From: Spirochaetia bacterium
Lineage (GTDB): Bacteria > Spirochaetota > Spirochaetia > DSM-2461
Direction: 5' to 3'
Length of the DNA stretch: 64,000 nt
NCBI GenBank assembly: GCA_963666985.2
Contig: CAXXIA010000002.1
Location: forward strand, 1,888,001 to 1,952,000
The notes beneath the pieces are model-generated. The model did not search any database, was not told the origin of the DNA, and worked only from the letters and a program-made list of their open reading frames with translations. The position numbers and the translations under genes were made by a program. Shown here one piece after another: positions 39,307-47,998 of the stretch (its first letter is position 1; every line of letters starts with the position of its first letter).

Positions 39307-39993
39307 TTAGGAAATAGGCGTCTTGGAATGATCGGCCACTTTTTCAGCTGTCATGTCAAGAACTCCATAAATTGCCTCTTGCCGATATTCGTCGGTCAAT
39401 ATTTGTTCTTTTTCTTTTGCCTCTTTACCAAAATTCATGAATGGGTATTTCAACTGAACTGTATATGTCTCATAAAGGCTTGCTACCGATTGCCTATTGT
39501 GAACGTCTACTATGTTGCCTCTCGATTTCCCAAACATATTTTCAGGTGTATTATTTCCAATCTTGTTCTGTTCCCAGTATTCTTGAATATATGCTTCACA
39601 AAGGATTACGTAATCAGCAGACAACTTTGAACCTATATCAACCACAATGGCCAATTCATTTTCTTCTAATTGATATGAATTTTCTACATCCGGCATATCT
39701 TCAGTAATGTATATTGGATACTCGTTAATAGTAGACTTAAGTTCTGCATAGCTAATAATTTCTATTAAGGTTGCTTCTGCAATTTTCTCCGCTAGGTATT
39801 TTGCGTTTCTCTCATGATTGCTGTCGTCAAGTGGTGAAACAACAAGCAATCTTTTGCCTGTGAAGTCAATTTCGTCTAAGAATTTCGTTTGATTTCTTAG
39901 TCGACCAACAGCCCCAAGTGTTGAGCAACCAACGAAAATTACAGGTATAATAGCAAAAAAAAGAACAAAGCGCTTTTTCATTTTAGTCTCCAT
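39307..39993 (-). CDS. Hypothetical lipoprotein
   Basis: MKKRFVLFFAIIPVIFVGC signal/lipobox. Confidence 0.7.
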   Translation of the reverse strand: METKMKKRFVLFFAIIPVIFVGCSTLGAVGRLRNQTKFLDEIDFTGKRLLVVSPLDDSNHERNAKYLAEKIAEATLIEIISYAELKSTINEYPIYITEDMPDVENSYQLEENELAIVVDIGSKLSADYVILCEAYIQEYWEQNKIGNNTPENMFGKSRGNIVDVHNRQSVASLYETYTVQLKYPFMNFGKEAKEKEQILTDEYRQEAIYGVLDMTAEKVADHSKTPIS

Positions 39994-40096
39994 AAGATAT
40001 CGAAGATAATAGATATAAACTTATTAAAAACGAATTCATTTGAATGTCAACCACATTTTTCTGTTGGGATAATTTATAGAACTTCGAGCGGCGTTT

Positions 40097-40294
40097 AACA
40101 GCTGTTGATGCGCTCCGGCTGATAACGAGGTTATCAGCCTCCGGGCTCCGCCAAATTCGTCTTTGTCAGAGATTTTGCGTGAGTCTAACGTGTATGGTAA
40201 AATGCTTTTCAGTAAACGGTTGAGTTTGTTCTGAGAGGCAAAATCTCCGCCAACCGCTACGAGGACGACGAACTTCGCATACCAGCGGACCGTT
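40097..40294 (+). repeat. attC-like repeat 27 (198 bp)
   Basis: Conserved ends. Confidence 0.9.
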
Positions 40295-41272
40295 AGTCGC
40301 AAATACAATGATATACATTTCTAGCATGGTCGTACCACACAATATCTCGAGGATTGCAGATATCGATGAATGTCATTTCGAGAATCCTCCAATGATTGTT
40401 TTCGACACAAACATTTGCATAGATTTATACAAACTGTGGTGCAACCCAAGGCTAATGCGCAATGAACAGCACAAACAGTTTATGGAATTGGTCGATCTGT
40501 GCACAAAAATATACAAGAATGGTTGGCTATTTTTTCCCCATTTTGGAATAGAAGAAGCTTCTTTCAGTGAATTTTCAAATCGAGGAGAGTCTGACAAAGA
40601 GCAGCATATGCACATGGCCTTATTGAACTTGCTAGGTAGTGATCTGCAAAGCTTTCTAGCACATATCAATTCAACTTTCAGTAGCATTGAGCACTATACT
40701 CGTCGTGTAGATTCAAAATCATATATACGGCGAATAAGGAATGATATTATTTTTAGTGATCTTTTACCTTTGAAATACTGCTCAATGATGAAATTGTTTA
40801 TTCTTTGTAACGACATAGATAGTTACAAAGAGCGTTTGTTTGAATTCTTTAATTATCTACTGAATAACATAAATTGTGTTGACGTAGGATCAATCATCAC
40901 AGCGACATTTCTTACTAGCAGAAAGAAGATGAAAATGCTTTTCCATCGGCTACAAAACAGCTCGAGCGCAGGTTTAAGGAGTATTTTAAATTCTGCGATT
41001 GATCTTACGTTTATTGAGCTCTCAAGTCGTATTTACCTTGAGGGCCTAACACCAATATTTTGCTCACAGAATAAACTTCTTATCGAAATAGAGAATGCTA
41101 CAAAAGTGCAAATTTTTCAAAATGGTATTCCTGCAAAAGGTATTTATGCAGATCGGCTTCCGGAAAACGAGGTCGTTATGGAGTTTATAGAGTTTATGAA
41201 AAAGTCGCTAGAAAAAAGGGATTCGTATATAAAACACTTCAATAAGCATCATGTTTGGGCAGAAATAGCTAA

Positions 41273-42296
41273 GGCGGATTGAAATTCCTAATGCACGAAA
41301 ATAGAAGTGCAAGGAGTTTCAATGAGTTACCGCAGAATAACATTTCAAGAACGAATGTCTATCTTCCAAATGCGTTATGTTGAGAATCTGAAAATATCAG
41401 AAATCGCATATCGTTCAGGACGCAATCCATCGAGTATTTCAAGAGAATTGCAAAAAGGAGATGATTCAGGAAGTTATAATCCCTTTCTTGCTGAATACTT
41501 GTCTTTAAAGCAACGAAGATATCAATGTCCAAAATTAAAAATTAGTTCAGAAGTCTGGAAAGAAATAAAATCAAAATTGGAACTTCGATGGTCACCTGAT
41601 GAAATTGCTCATTGGTGGAATCAACTATATCCTGAGAAAAGCATGAGTGGAAGAACCATCTATAATTATGTCCATTTCCATATGAGGGGTGAACTAAAGA
41701 AACTGGCGTTAAATGATCTTCGCCGACGTGGAAAGTCTCCCAAAAAGCCAAAGAATGACGGTAGAGGCAAGTTAAAAGACATAACCTTGATCGATGAGAG
41801 ACCGCCGGAAGTAGAAGGCCGAGAAGTTCCAGGCTATTGGGAGGGAGACTTAATCATAGGAAAAGACCATAAGTCGGCTATCTGTGTCATTGTGGAAAGG
41901 CAAACACGATTTATCCAAATGGATCTTCTTCTCAAATACGATGCAGCAACTGTTCGAAAAACAATTGAGAAACGATTTAAGCGGATAGAACCTCATCTAA
42001 GAAAGACGTTGACCTTGGATCAAGGTAAGGAAAATAGTGAGCACAAGCGGTTGGCTGAAAAAGCTGAAATCGATGTTTTCTTTTGTCACCCCCATTCGCC
42101 ATGGGAAAAAGCATCATGCGAAAATACAAATGGTTTGATCCGTGATATGCTTTATGAAATTGATGATTTTCGGAATATCGACCAATATTATGTGGGTCGA
42201 ATAGCCCGATTGTTAAATGAAAGGCCAAGAAAAACTTTGGAGTATAAAACGCCGAAGCAGGCATTGGCTGAATTGCGTTAGGAATCTCAATCCGCC
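41273..42296 (+). mobile_element. IS30-family element (1024 bp), 3-bp target duplication TAA
   Basis: Ends GGCGGATTGAAATTCCTAATGCA / TGCGTTAGGAATCTCAATCCGCC; empty site visible in the copy near 4244. Confidence 0.92.
41307..42281 (+). CDS. IS30 transposase
   Basis: GYWEGDLIIG, TLDQGKE, PHSPWEK..CENTNGLIR, RPRKTL. Confidence 0.95.
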   Translation: MQGVSMSYRRITFQERMSIFQMRYVENLKISEIAYRSGRNPSSISRELQKGDDSGSYNPFLAEYLSLKQRRYQCPKLKISSEVWKEIKSKLELRWSPDEIAHWWNQLYPEKSMSGRTIYNYVHFHMRGELKKLALNDLRRRGKSPKKPKNDGRGKLKDITLIDERPPEVEGREVPGYWEGDLIIGKDHKSAICVIVERQTRFIQMDLLLKYDAATVRKTIEKRFKRIEPHLRKTLTLDQGKENSEHKRLAEKAEIDVFFCHPHSPWEKASCENTNGLIRDMLYEIDDFRNIDQYYVGRIARLLNERPRKTLEYKTPKQALAELR

Positions 42297-42336
42297 TAAT
42301 CTAGAAAAGGAAATAGTCAAACGTGTATCTGCGACT

Positions 42337-42542
42337 AACAGCTGTTGATGCGCTCCGGCGTCAACTAGCGTTGCCGCCTCCGGGCCTACGGCCAAATTTC
42401 GCTTTGGACATGGCTCTTGCAGATGCAGACTCAGAAGTGATGTGATACAGTCAAAGGCGAACAAAGCATTGCTGAAGCCGTTGCAAGAGCGCATGCCAAC
42501 CGGCTTTGCCGGACGCGAAACTTCGCATAACAGCGGGCCGTT
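42337..42542 (+). repeat. attC-like repeat 28 (206 bp)
   Basis: Matches repeat 3 except the 5 nt before GTT. Confidence 0.9.
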
Positions 42543-42682
42543 TTGTGCATTTCGAGAATTCTCATAGACGGAATATTTTAGATTTCTCCAATAAGATCTT
42601 TATTGTTTATCAAATCCCCTCAGCTTGACATTTATAGTATGACGTTTAAATGTAGACGCATTAACAAACACAGGAGAATTCT

Positions 42683-44056
42683 GTGAACGGATTCATCATA
42701 TTATTGATTCTTTACGCAATCTTAGGGACTGTAATCAGTATCTTCGTTATGCGGCGAAAGCCATCTCAAGAAGATTACTTTATTGGGGGACGGGCCGTTG
42801 GATGGATCGTCTCGGCGCTCACCTACGCCGCTACAACATACTCGGCTTTTATGATGGTTGGCCTTGTCGGTCTATCATATAACACAGGCATTGGCGCCTT
42901 CATTTTTGAGACAGTCTATCTTCTTGCCACTTTGATCTTATTGTCAGTTTACGGGCAAAAGATTTGGACGATGGGAAAAGAAAAAGGCATGGTCTCACCG
43001 ATGGAGCTTTTTACAAACCGCTATGGACCTATTACCGGCGGAGTTGGAGCGATAATCGCTTTTATTGCGCTTATTCCTTATACGTCGGTGCAAGTGATAG
43101 GACTTGCCCTTATTCTCCAGAACTATGGCATAACCTTCAATCAAGGAATCATCATTGCCGTCGGCATTATTGCAGTCTGGACATTTCTTGGAGGTCTACG
43201 AGGCGTTGTGTTAACAGATGCTATTCAGGGATTTCTGATGATGGCCATAGCCATTGCAGCGGTTATCTGGACGGGAAGTCGGTATAAAGGGGTTGAACTT
43301 TCGACGTTCCCGAACAATGTTTGGACACCAATATTCTTTATCAATCTGACTCTCCCCTGGGCGTTTTTTGCTCTCACGAATCCGCAAGTGGTTCAAAGGC
43401 TTTTCATCATTAAGGACAAGCGTGACTTTCGGAAGATGCTCATTCTTTTTGGTGTGTTTGGCCTGGTTTTTACTACAATCGTAACGGCAATTGGAGTCTC
43501 GGCGAAGTTTGGTACGCTTCAAGGAATCCTCCCGGTAGTCTCCGATCAAGATGGTGTTATTGTTGCAGTGATGTCGCAAATGAGAAATTGGCTGGCAATT
43601 CCTTTAGCCCTGAGCATTATTTTTGCATCAGTATCAACGGCCAACTCAATAATCCTCACGTTATCCTCAATGATGACAAGGGATGTTTTTCGTCAAAAGA
43701 ACAATGTTTGGCTGGGCCGAGGTATCATCATCGGACTCGCAGTATTGGTAGGTCTTTTTTCCTTAACACGCCCAAACTATCTGGTGCAGCTTTCAGTCGC
43801 ATCGTCACGAATCTTGATGTGCTTTCTTCCCCTTATGTTTTCATTGTTTCACGGAAAGCGAGGAGGAGAGGTTACAGGCATTCTAACTCTTGTTGGTGGA
43901 GCAATATCAGCGATTCTTTTCGGTCTGATTGCATCTTCATACAGCTCGCTTCTTACTCTCGGAGCCGTAGTTTTGCTTTATTTAATCGGACTGGCTATTG
44001 AGAATGGATTCTTCTCTTGCAAGATTTTTCATCGGAAATCAAGAACTGAGACATAA
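42683..44056 (+). CDS. Sodium:solute symporter family transporter
   Basis: DYFIGGR, AATTYSAF..VG..G, GGLRGV..TDAIQG; many TM helices; CAGGAG RBS. Confidence 0.9.
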   Translation: MNGFIILLILYAILGTVISIFVMRRKPSQEDYFIGGRAVGWIVSALTYAATTYSAFMMVGLVGLSYNTGIGAFIFETVYLLATLILLSVYGQKIWTMGKEKGMVSPMELFTNRYGPITGGVGAIIAFIALIPYTSVQVIGLALILQNYGITFNQGIIIAVGIIAVWTFLGGLRGVVLTDAIQGFLMMAIAIAAVIWTGSRYKGVELSTFPNNVWTPIFFINLTLPWAFFALTNPQVVQRLFIIKDKRDFRKMLILFGVFGLVFTTIVTAIGVSAKFGTLQGILPVVSDQDGVIVAVMSQMRNWLAIPLALSIIFASVSTANSIILTLSSMMTRDVFRQKNNVWLGRGIIIGLAVLVGLFSLTRPNYLVQLSVASSRILMCFLPLMFSLFHGKRGGEVTGILTLVGGAISAILFGLIASSYSSLLTLGAVVLLYLIGLAIENGFFSCKIFHRKSRTET

Positions 44057-44116
44057 ACATGTGATTAGTTTGAATGGCCAAGACGGCGAATCATTTTGAA
44101 TAATAGAAATGCACAA

Positions 44117-44313
44117 AACAGCTGTTGATGCGCTTCGGCGGTAACGAGGTTACCGCCTCCGGGGCTTCGCCCAAATTTGCCTCTGTCACAGATTTTGCAT
44201 ATGTCTACCGCTGTGGTAATATAAATTGTAGTTATCGTTTGAGGTTGTGAAGAATCGCAAAATCTTCGCCAGTCGCTTCGCGAATGGCAAACTTCGCATA
44301 CCAGCAGAACGTT
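44117..44313 (+). repeat. attC-like repeat 29 (197 bp)
   Basis: Conserved ends. Confidence 0.9.
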
Positions 44314-44484
44314 TTACGAAAAACCTATAGAAACTTAATGTATAAAAATACCGTCATATACGTGAAATGAAAATTCATTGTCTTATCGGTCAATAACGCA
44401 TTAGATAACAAGTCATAGTAAGCATACTGTTAGTAAATACACATATAAGATTACTGTAAAAATAGAATAGGCAACTATCACCAT

Positions 44485-45198
44485 CTATATGTTTATTTTT
44501 GTTTCTAATATGGTATGGTCACTATAATTTTTAACCTTCCCATAATTCCAAGAAAATGTTTTTTCAACTGCAATTGATAGATCCTTGCTGACAAATATAT
44601 GATCATCTTGATAGTGATTTTCCTCTGACATATTGGCACCAAAAAAAGTCTGTGAATAAACGGGACAACACTCGTGAAAATGTAAACCAATTTTGTCAAA
44701 AATGTCACTAAAGAATCCATTTACCATAACCGTGTCAGCGTTGAAGTCTCCACCAATGATGAACCTACTTTTCGAACTAAGAACCGTTGCATTAAAAATG
44801 CTCTCAATGTGGCTTCTTATTGTATAGATACCGTCAGGAGATGTATTTGTATGTAGACTGCATAAGGTTATAGAAGTGCCATTATTGCTTTCGAATTCAA
44901 CGAAAACTTGTTTCCCTTTGTGTTTTTCAGAATCGATATATTTATCTGTAACATCCGAAATTGAGCCCGTTTTCAATATATTTTCACTAAAATATAAGCA
45001 TGTACCCCATTTTGGTAGCTCAGTTGTTTTGCAAGTCTCACTTTCATGAAAAATCGCCATTTCAGTAAATCTTTCAGGGACTACGGTTTCCTGAAGAAAT
45101 GCGACATCTGGACATACAGATGATGTTAAATAATCCCAAGCCTGGTCATTAGTTCCATTCTGTTGCCAATAGTTCATATTCCATGTGACAAGTTTCAT
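44485..45198 (-). CDS. EEP family nuclease/phosphatase
   Basis: MKLVTWN, FLQET, GGDFN, DHIFVS, SDH. Confidence 0.85.
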   Translation of the reverse strand: MKLVTWNMNYWQQNGTNDQAWDYLTSSVCPDVAFLQETVVPERFTEMAIFHESETCKTTELPKWGTCLYFSENILKTGSISDVTDKYIDSEKHKGKQVFVEFESNNGTSITLCSLHTNTSPDGIYTIRSHIESIFNATVLSSKSRFIIGGDFNADTVMVNGFFSDIFDKIGLHFHECCPVYSQTFFGANMSEENHYQDDHIFVSKDLSIAVEKTFSWNYGKVKNYSDHTILETKINI

Positions 45199-45325
45199 TA
45201 AATACTCCTCTTAAGGAGTTTATCATTGCTCATAGAGATTACGAGAATAAATGAGATGATTGAAGAGAAAGGATAAAGATTAAAATCTTTATTAGGGCAG
45301 ATGCGAGTCAATTAGTTTTTCGTAA

Positions 45326-45530
45326 AACAGCTGTTGATGCGCTCCGGCCGCTAAAAGTGTTTATCGGCCTTCGGGGCTCCGCCCAAATTTCGCTTTGGCC
45401 ATGGTTCTTGCAGATGCGTTCCTGGAAGTTGTGTGATAGGCTCAAATGCGAACAGGTTTTCCGTTGAAGTGCAAGAACGCATGCCAACCGGCTACGCCGG
45501 CCGCGAAACTTCGCATACCAGCGGAACGTT
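45326..45530 (+). repeat. attC-like repeat 30 (205 bp)
   Basis: Conserved ends. Confidence 0.9.
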
Positions 45531-45550
45531 ATATGTAATGCCCGATTTTC

Positions 45551-46891
45551 AGTGAGCGACCAGGACATCCTTTACATTTTAGGTCCAGGACATCGTTTAC
45601 ACTAAACAAGTTTAAACGAAGCATTTGAACCCATCAACAGAGGGTATAAATGCAAATGTTTTCCGATCAATTTCTCCTAATCTTAAATTGTCAAACCAGA
45701 CGGTAAAAGTCTCATCTTCATTTTCTCGAAGACCAACTTGGTATCCAACAAAGACATAACTGACGAAAATCCTGTGCCGGTCTATGGTCACCGCCCCACG
45801 ATTATTAATCATTCTCACCTCATATCCGGGTGGATAAATCACCTGTGGAATCTGAGAAGGGAAGGGCCGTTTGGACTTTGTGTAAACACTTCCGGGAGTC
45901 TGCATTTTAAGAGCTTCATGAGGTCGAACACTGTTGAACTGATTTCTCCAGACATCAAAATGCGCCTGATGTTCAGAGAGGTTACCCTGAATCTGTCCCT
46001 GTAATTCCCGTTTGATATCGGCATGCATTCTCTCATGCCCCCCGTTCTCACAAGGTCGTCCCGGAGTGATGCGATCAAGTTCGATTCCCAAGGCCAACCA
46101 CCAAACACTTAAGCGTGTGAGCCCCAGCAGGCCCTTCATGGAGGCAAAGGGAGGTCCGTTGTCGGACCTCATGACTCTGGGCATTCCATAGATGGAAAAG
46201 AGCTTCTCAAACTCGGTTCTAACTTCTTGTGTGTCAGCCTTTTGGAGTGCTTTGATGGTGAAGATGTATTTGGAAAACTCATCCCGAACGGTCAAAGGTT
46301 CACATCGTTCTCCCTCGGGAGTATACCACCATCCTTTGAAGTCCACGGTCCAGATGTCATTCGGCTGCTTGGCTTGAAGACGGCTCTGGATTCGCTGAGA
46401 TTTATTCTGCCGGCGCTTCTTTCGGTGCACCACCAGACCGGCTTTATCCAGGATGCGTTTCACGGTGGTCAGACTTGGACTCTCCTGGTGGGGATGTGTC
46501 TTCTGGTAGATATCGAGGATTTTCTTTGGCCCCCATTTGGTGTGTCGTGATTTGATTCGGACGATGTCGCAGATGACATTCTCCGGTGTCTGGTTAGGGC
46601 AGATACGAGGTTTCCTGGTTCTTTCATTCAGACCGGCGAGCCCTTCCTGAATAAACCGGTTCTTCCATTTAAGGCCTGTTGGCCGGGAGATCCCGTACTC
46701 GGCACAGAGGTCTTTCATACAGACATGGGGATCCATGGCCTTGAGGGCGAACTCGAATTTGACATCCATAATATTGGTCTCCTTCCACGGCATAACCAGC
46801 ACCTCGATAAGGGAAAGTGCTGATCATTTTAGTCCTTGTCGTGTAAAGGATGTCCTGGTACTCTCGTGTAAACGATGTCGTGGACCCGTAC
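45551..46891 (-). mobile_element. IS481-like element (ends approximate)
   Basis: Paired CAGGACATC(C/G)TTTACA motifs at left, inverted TGTAAA(G/C)GATGTC motifs at right, single DDE ORF. Confidence 0.8.
45612..46793 (-). CDS. IS481-family (rve/DDE) transposase
   Basis: MPWKET, WGPKK, WTVDFKGW, RSDNGPPF, P.ENGGHERMH. Confidence 0.92.
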   Translation of the reverse strand: MPWKETNIMDVKFEFALKAMDPHVCMKDLCAEYGISRPTGLKWKNRFIQEGLAGLNERTRKPRICPNQTPENVICDIVRIKSRHTKWGPKKILDIYQKTHPHQESPSLTTVKRILDKAGLVVHRKKRRQNKSQRIQSRLQAKQPNDIWTVDFKGWWYTPEGERCEPLTVRDEFSKYIFTIKALQKADTQEVRTEFEKLFSIYGMPRVMRSDNGPPFASMKGLLGLTRLSVWWLALGIELDRITPGRPCENGGHERMHADIKRELQGQIQGNLSEHQAHFDVWRNQFNSVRPHEALKMQTPGSVYTKSKRPFPSQIPQVIYPPGYEVRMINNRGAVTIDRHRIFVSYVFVGYQVGLRENEDETFTVWFDNLRLGEIDRKTFAFIPSVDGFKCFV

Positions 46892-47716
46892 CGAATAAAA
46901 AGGGGATTCTTTTTAAGGTGTTTTTTTCTGTGGCAGCCTCATTCCCTTCATTTGAACAAGTAACAGAAACAGAACCCCTTTGAGTGGTCAGATCTTTTTA
47001 ACAGGCCTTCCTTCTCTTTGAACAAAACAGGTCGTTTTGATGCGGCTTTCTCCTCACCCCCTTCGCCTTTGAGATCATCTTCAAGAAAGAAACCAAAAGC
47101 ATCGGAATAAAACTCGCTTCGGGATCAGAAGCACTTAGTGATAAGGCGGTCGGTTCGGGAGAACTTGTGTCGTGAAGGTTTATGGTTTTTAACGATTATG
47201 GGAATCGCTCATGAGAAAATCCTTATCCGTTGATGGTTATCGCTTCGGGAAATGAGGCGCTCATGCTTTGATAGGTTCGCGAGAAAAGGGGTGGTAGCCT
47301 GAGAAGAATGAAGGGATGGAGATGAGAAGAATGGAGATTGTTTTCTCCGTGGTTTTGCCTTTGAGAATAAGGCTGAATGCTTTGGGGAATACCGGTGTAG
47401 AAGGAGAAGACGAACATTCGGATTTACAGAATCCGTCCTGAGAGAAAGAGGTCGGGAAAGGCGAATTGCATCGGATGATGGCCTGAGTAAAGTGATGAGG
47501 CGATGAAAGGGAGAATGGGGGTCAGTATGAGAGAATGGATAGCCATTTCGATGAATGAGTAAAAAGCGGAAGAGGGAAGTCTGTAAAAGGATGAATGAAG
47601 AAAAGATGAGAAGGAGAAGGGCAAGAAGAATCGAAACAAAGGCTCAGGTAAAACGGCGAGGATGGGTGAGGAGAAGGAGATGTCTTTATAGATGCGTCGT
47701 CCGAACTTCCTTTAAC
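46892..47716. other. Purine-skewed non-coding cassette, copy 2; first ~22 bp replaced by IS481
   Basis: Diverged copy of 16212..17034. Confidence 0.75.
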
Positions 47717-47843
47717 AGCTGTTGATGCGCGTCGGCCGCTAAAAGTGTTTAGCGGCCTTGGGCCGAGCGAAGGGAAACTATGAGTTTTATGATTTTTAGT
47801 AAAAGGGAAGAAACAAATTGGTTCGGCTCGGCCAAATTTCGCT
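47714..47843 (+). repeat. attC-like repeat 31, truncated after CCAAATTTCGCT
   Basis: Left half of the long subtype; right half absent from the rest of the window. Confidence 0.85.
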
Positions 47844-47859
47844 GATGGTCGGTTTCGTA

Positions 47860-47888
47860 TTGACGAATATTCGTGCTTTCAGTAACTT
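47860..47888 (+). promoter_or_regulatory. Possible sigma70 promoter for the recombinase
   Basis: TTGACG-N17-TAACTT. Confidence 0.35.
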
Positions 47889-47998
47889 GCCACAAGTCAA
47901 GGATATACGGGGACTTCCCTGCCTTCTCTAAATCTTCATGAACGGGACTGGATGCGGTTGTGCGTGCAATTGGATTCAGTTTCCGGGGAGTTTTAGTG

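Larger units (their letters stand above)
40308..42348 (+). pseudogene. Second copy of the PIN-like cassette gene, interrupted near its 3' end by IS30
   Basis: Near-identical to 3283..4296 (two amino-acid differences seen); tail resumes at 42297. Confidence 0.85.
1..47843 (+). mobile_element. Integron-like gene cassette array (~30 cassettes) delimited by long attC-like repeats; continues upstream of the window
   Basis: 31 direct-orientation structured repeats separate unrelated 0.24-3 kb segments; segments have self-complementary GTT...AAC ends; several segments are duplicated together with their downstream repeat. Confidence 0.9.

Noticed and set aside
676..45328. Cassettes as MITEs or invertible shufflon segments because of their terminal inverted repeats
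   Set aside because: No target duplications, the inverted repeats differ per cassette, and duplicated cassettes keep one orientation and carry the downstream repeat
501..45568. Many 60-125 aa ORFs overlapping the repeats (e.g. 501..686, 8784..9158, 17532..17753, 45308..45568)
   Set aside because: They are translations of repeat DNA, recur with inconsistent frames and starts, and have no coding features
476..47843. CRISPR array interpretation of the regular repeats
   Set aside because: Repeats are 130-265 bp, the intervening segments are 0.24-3 kb and contain genes, and no cas genes are present
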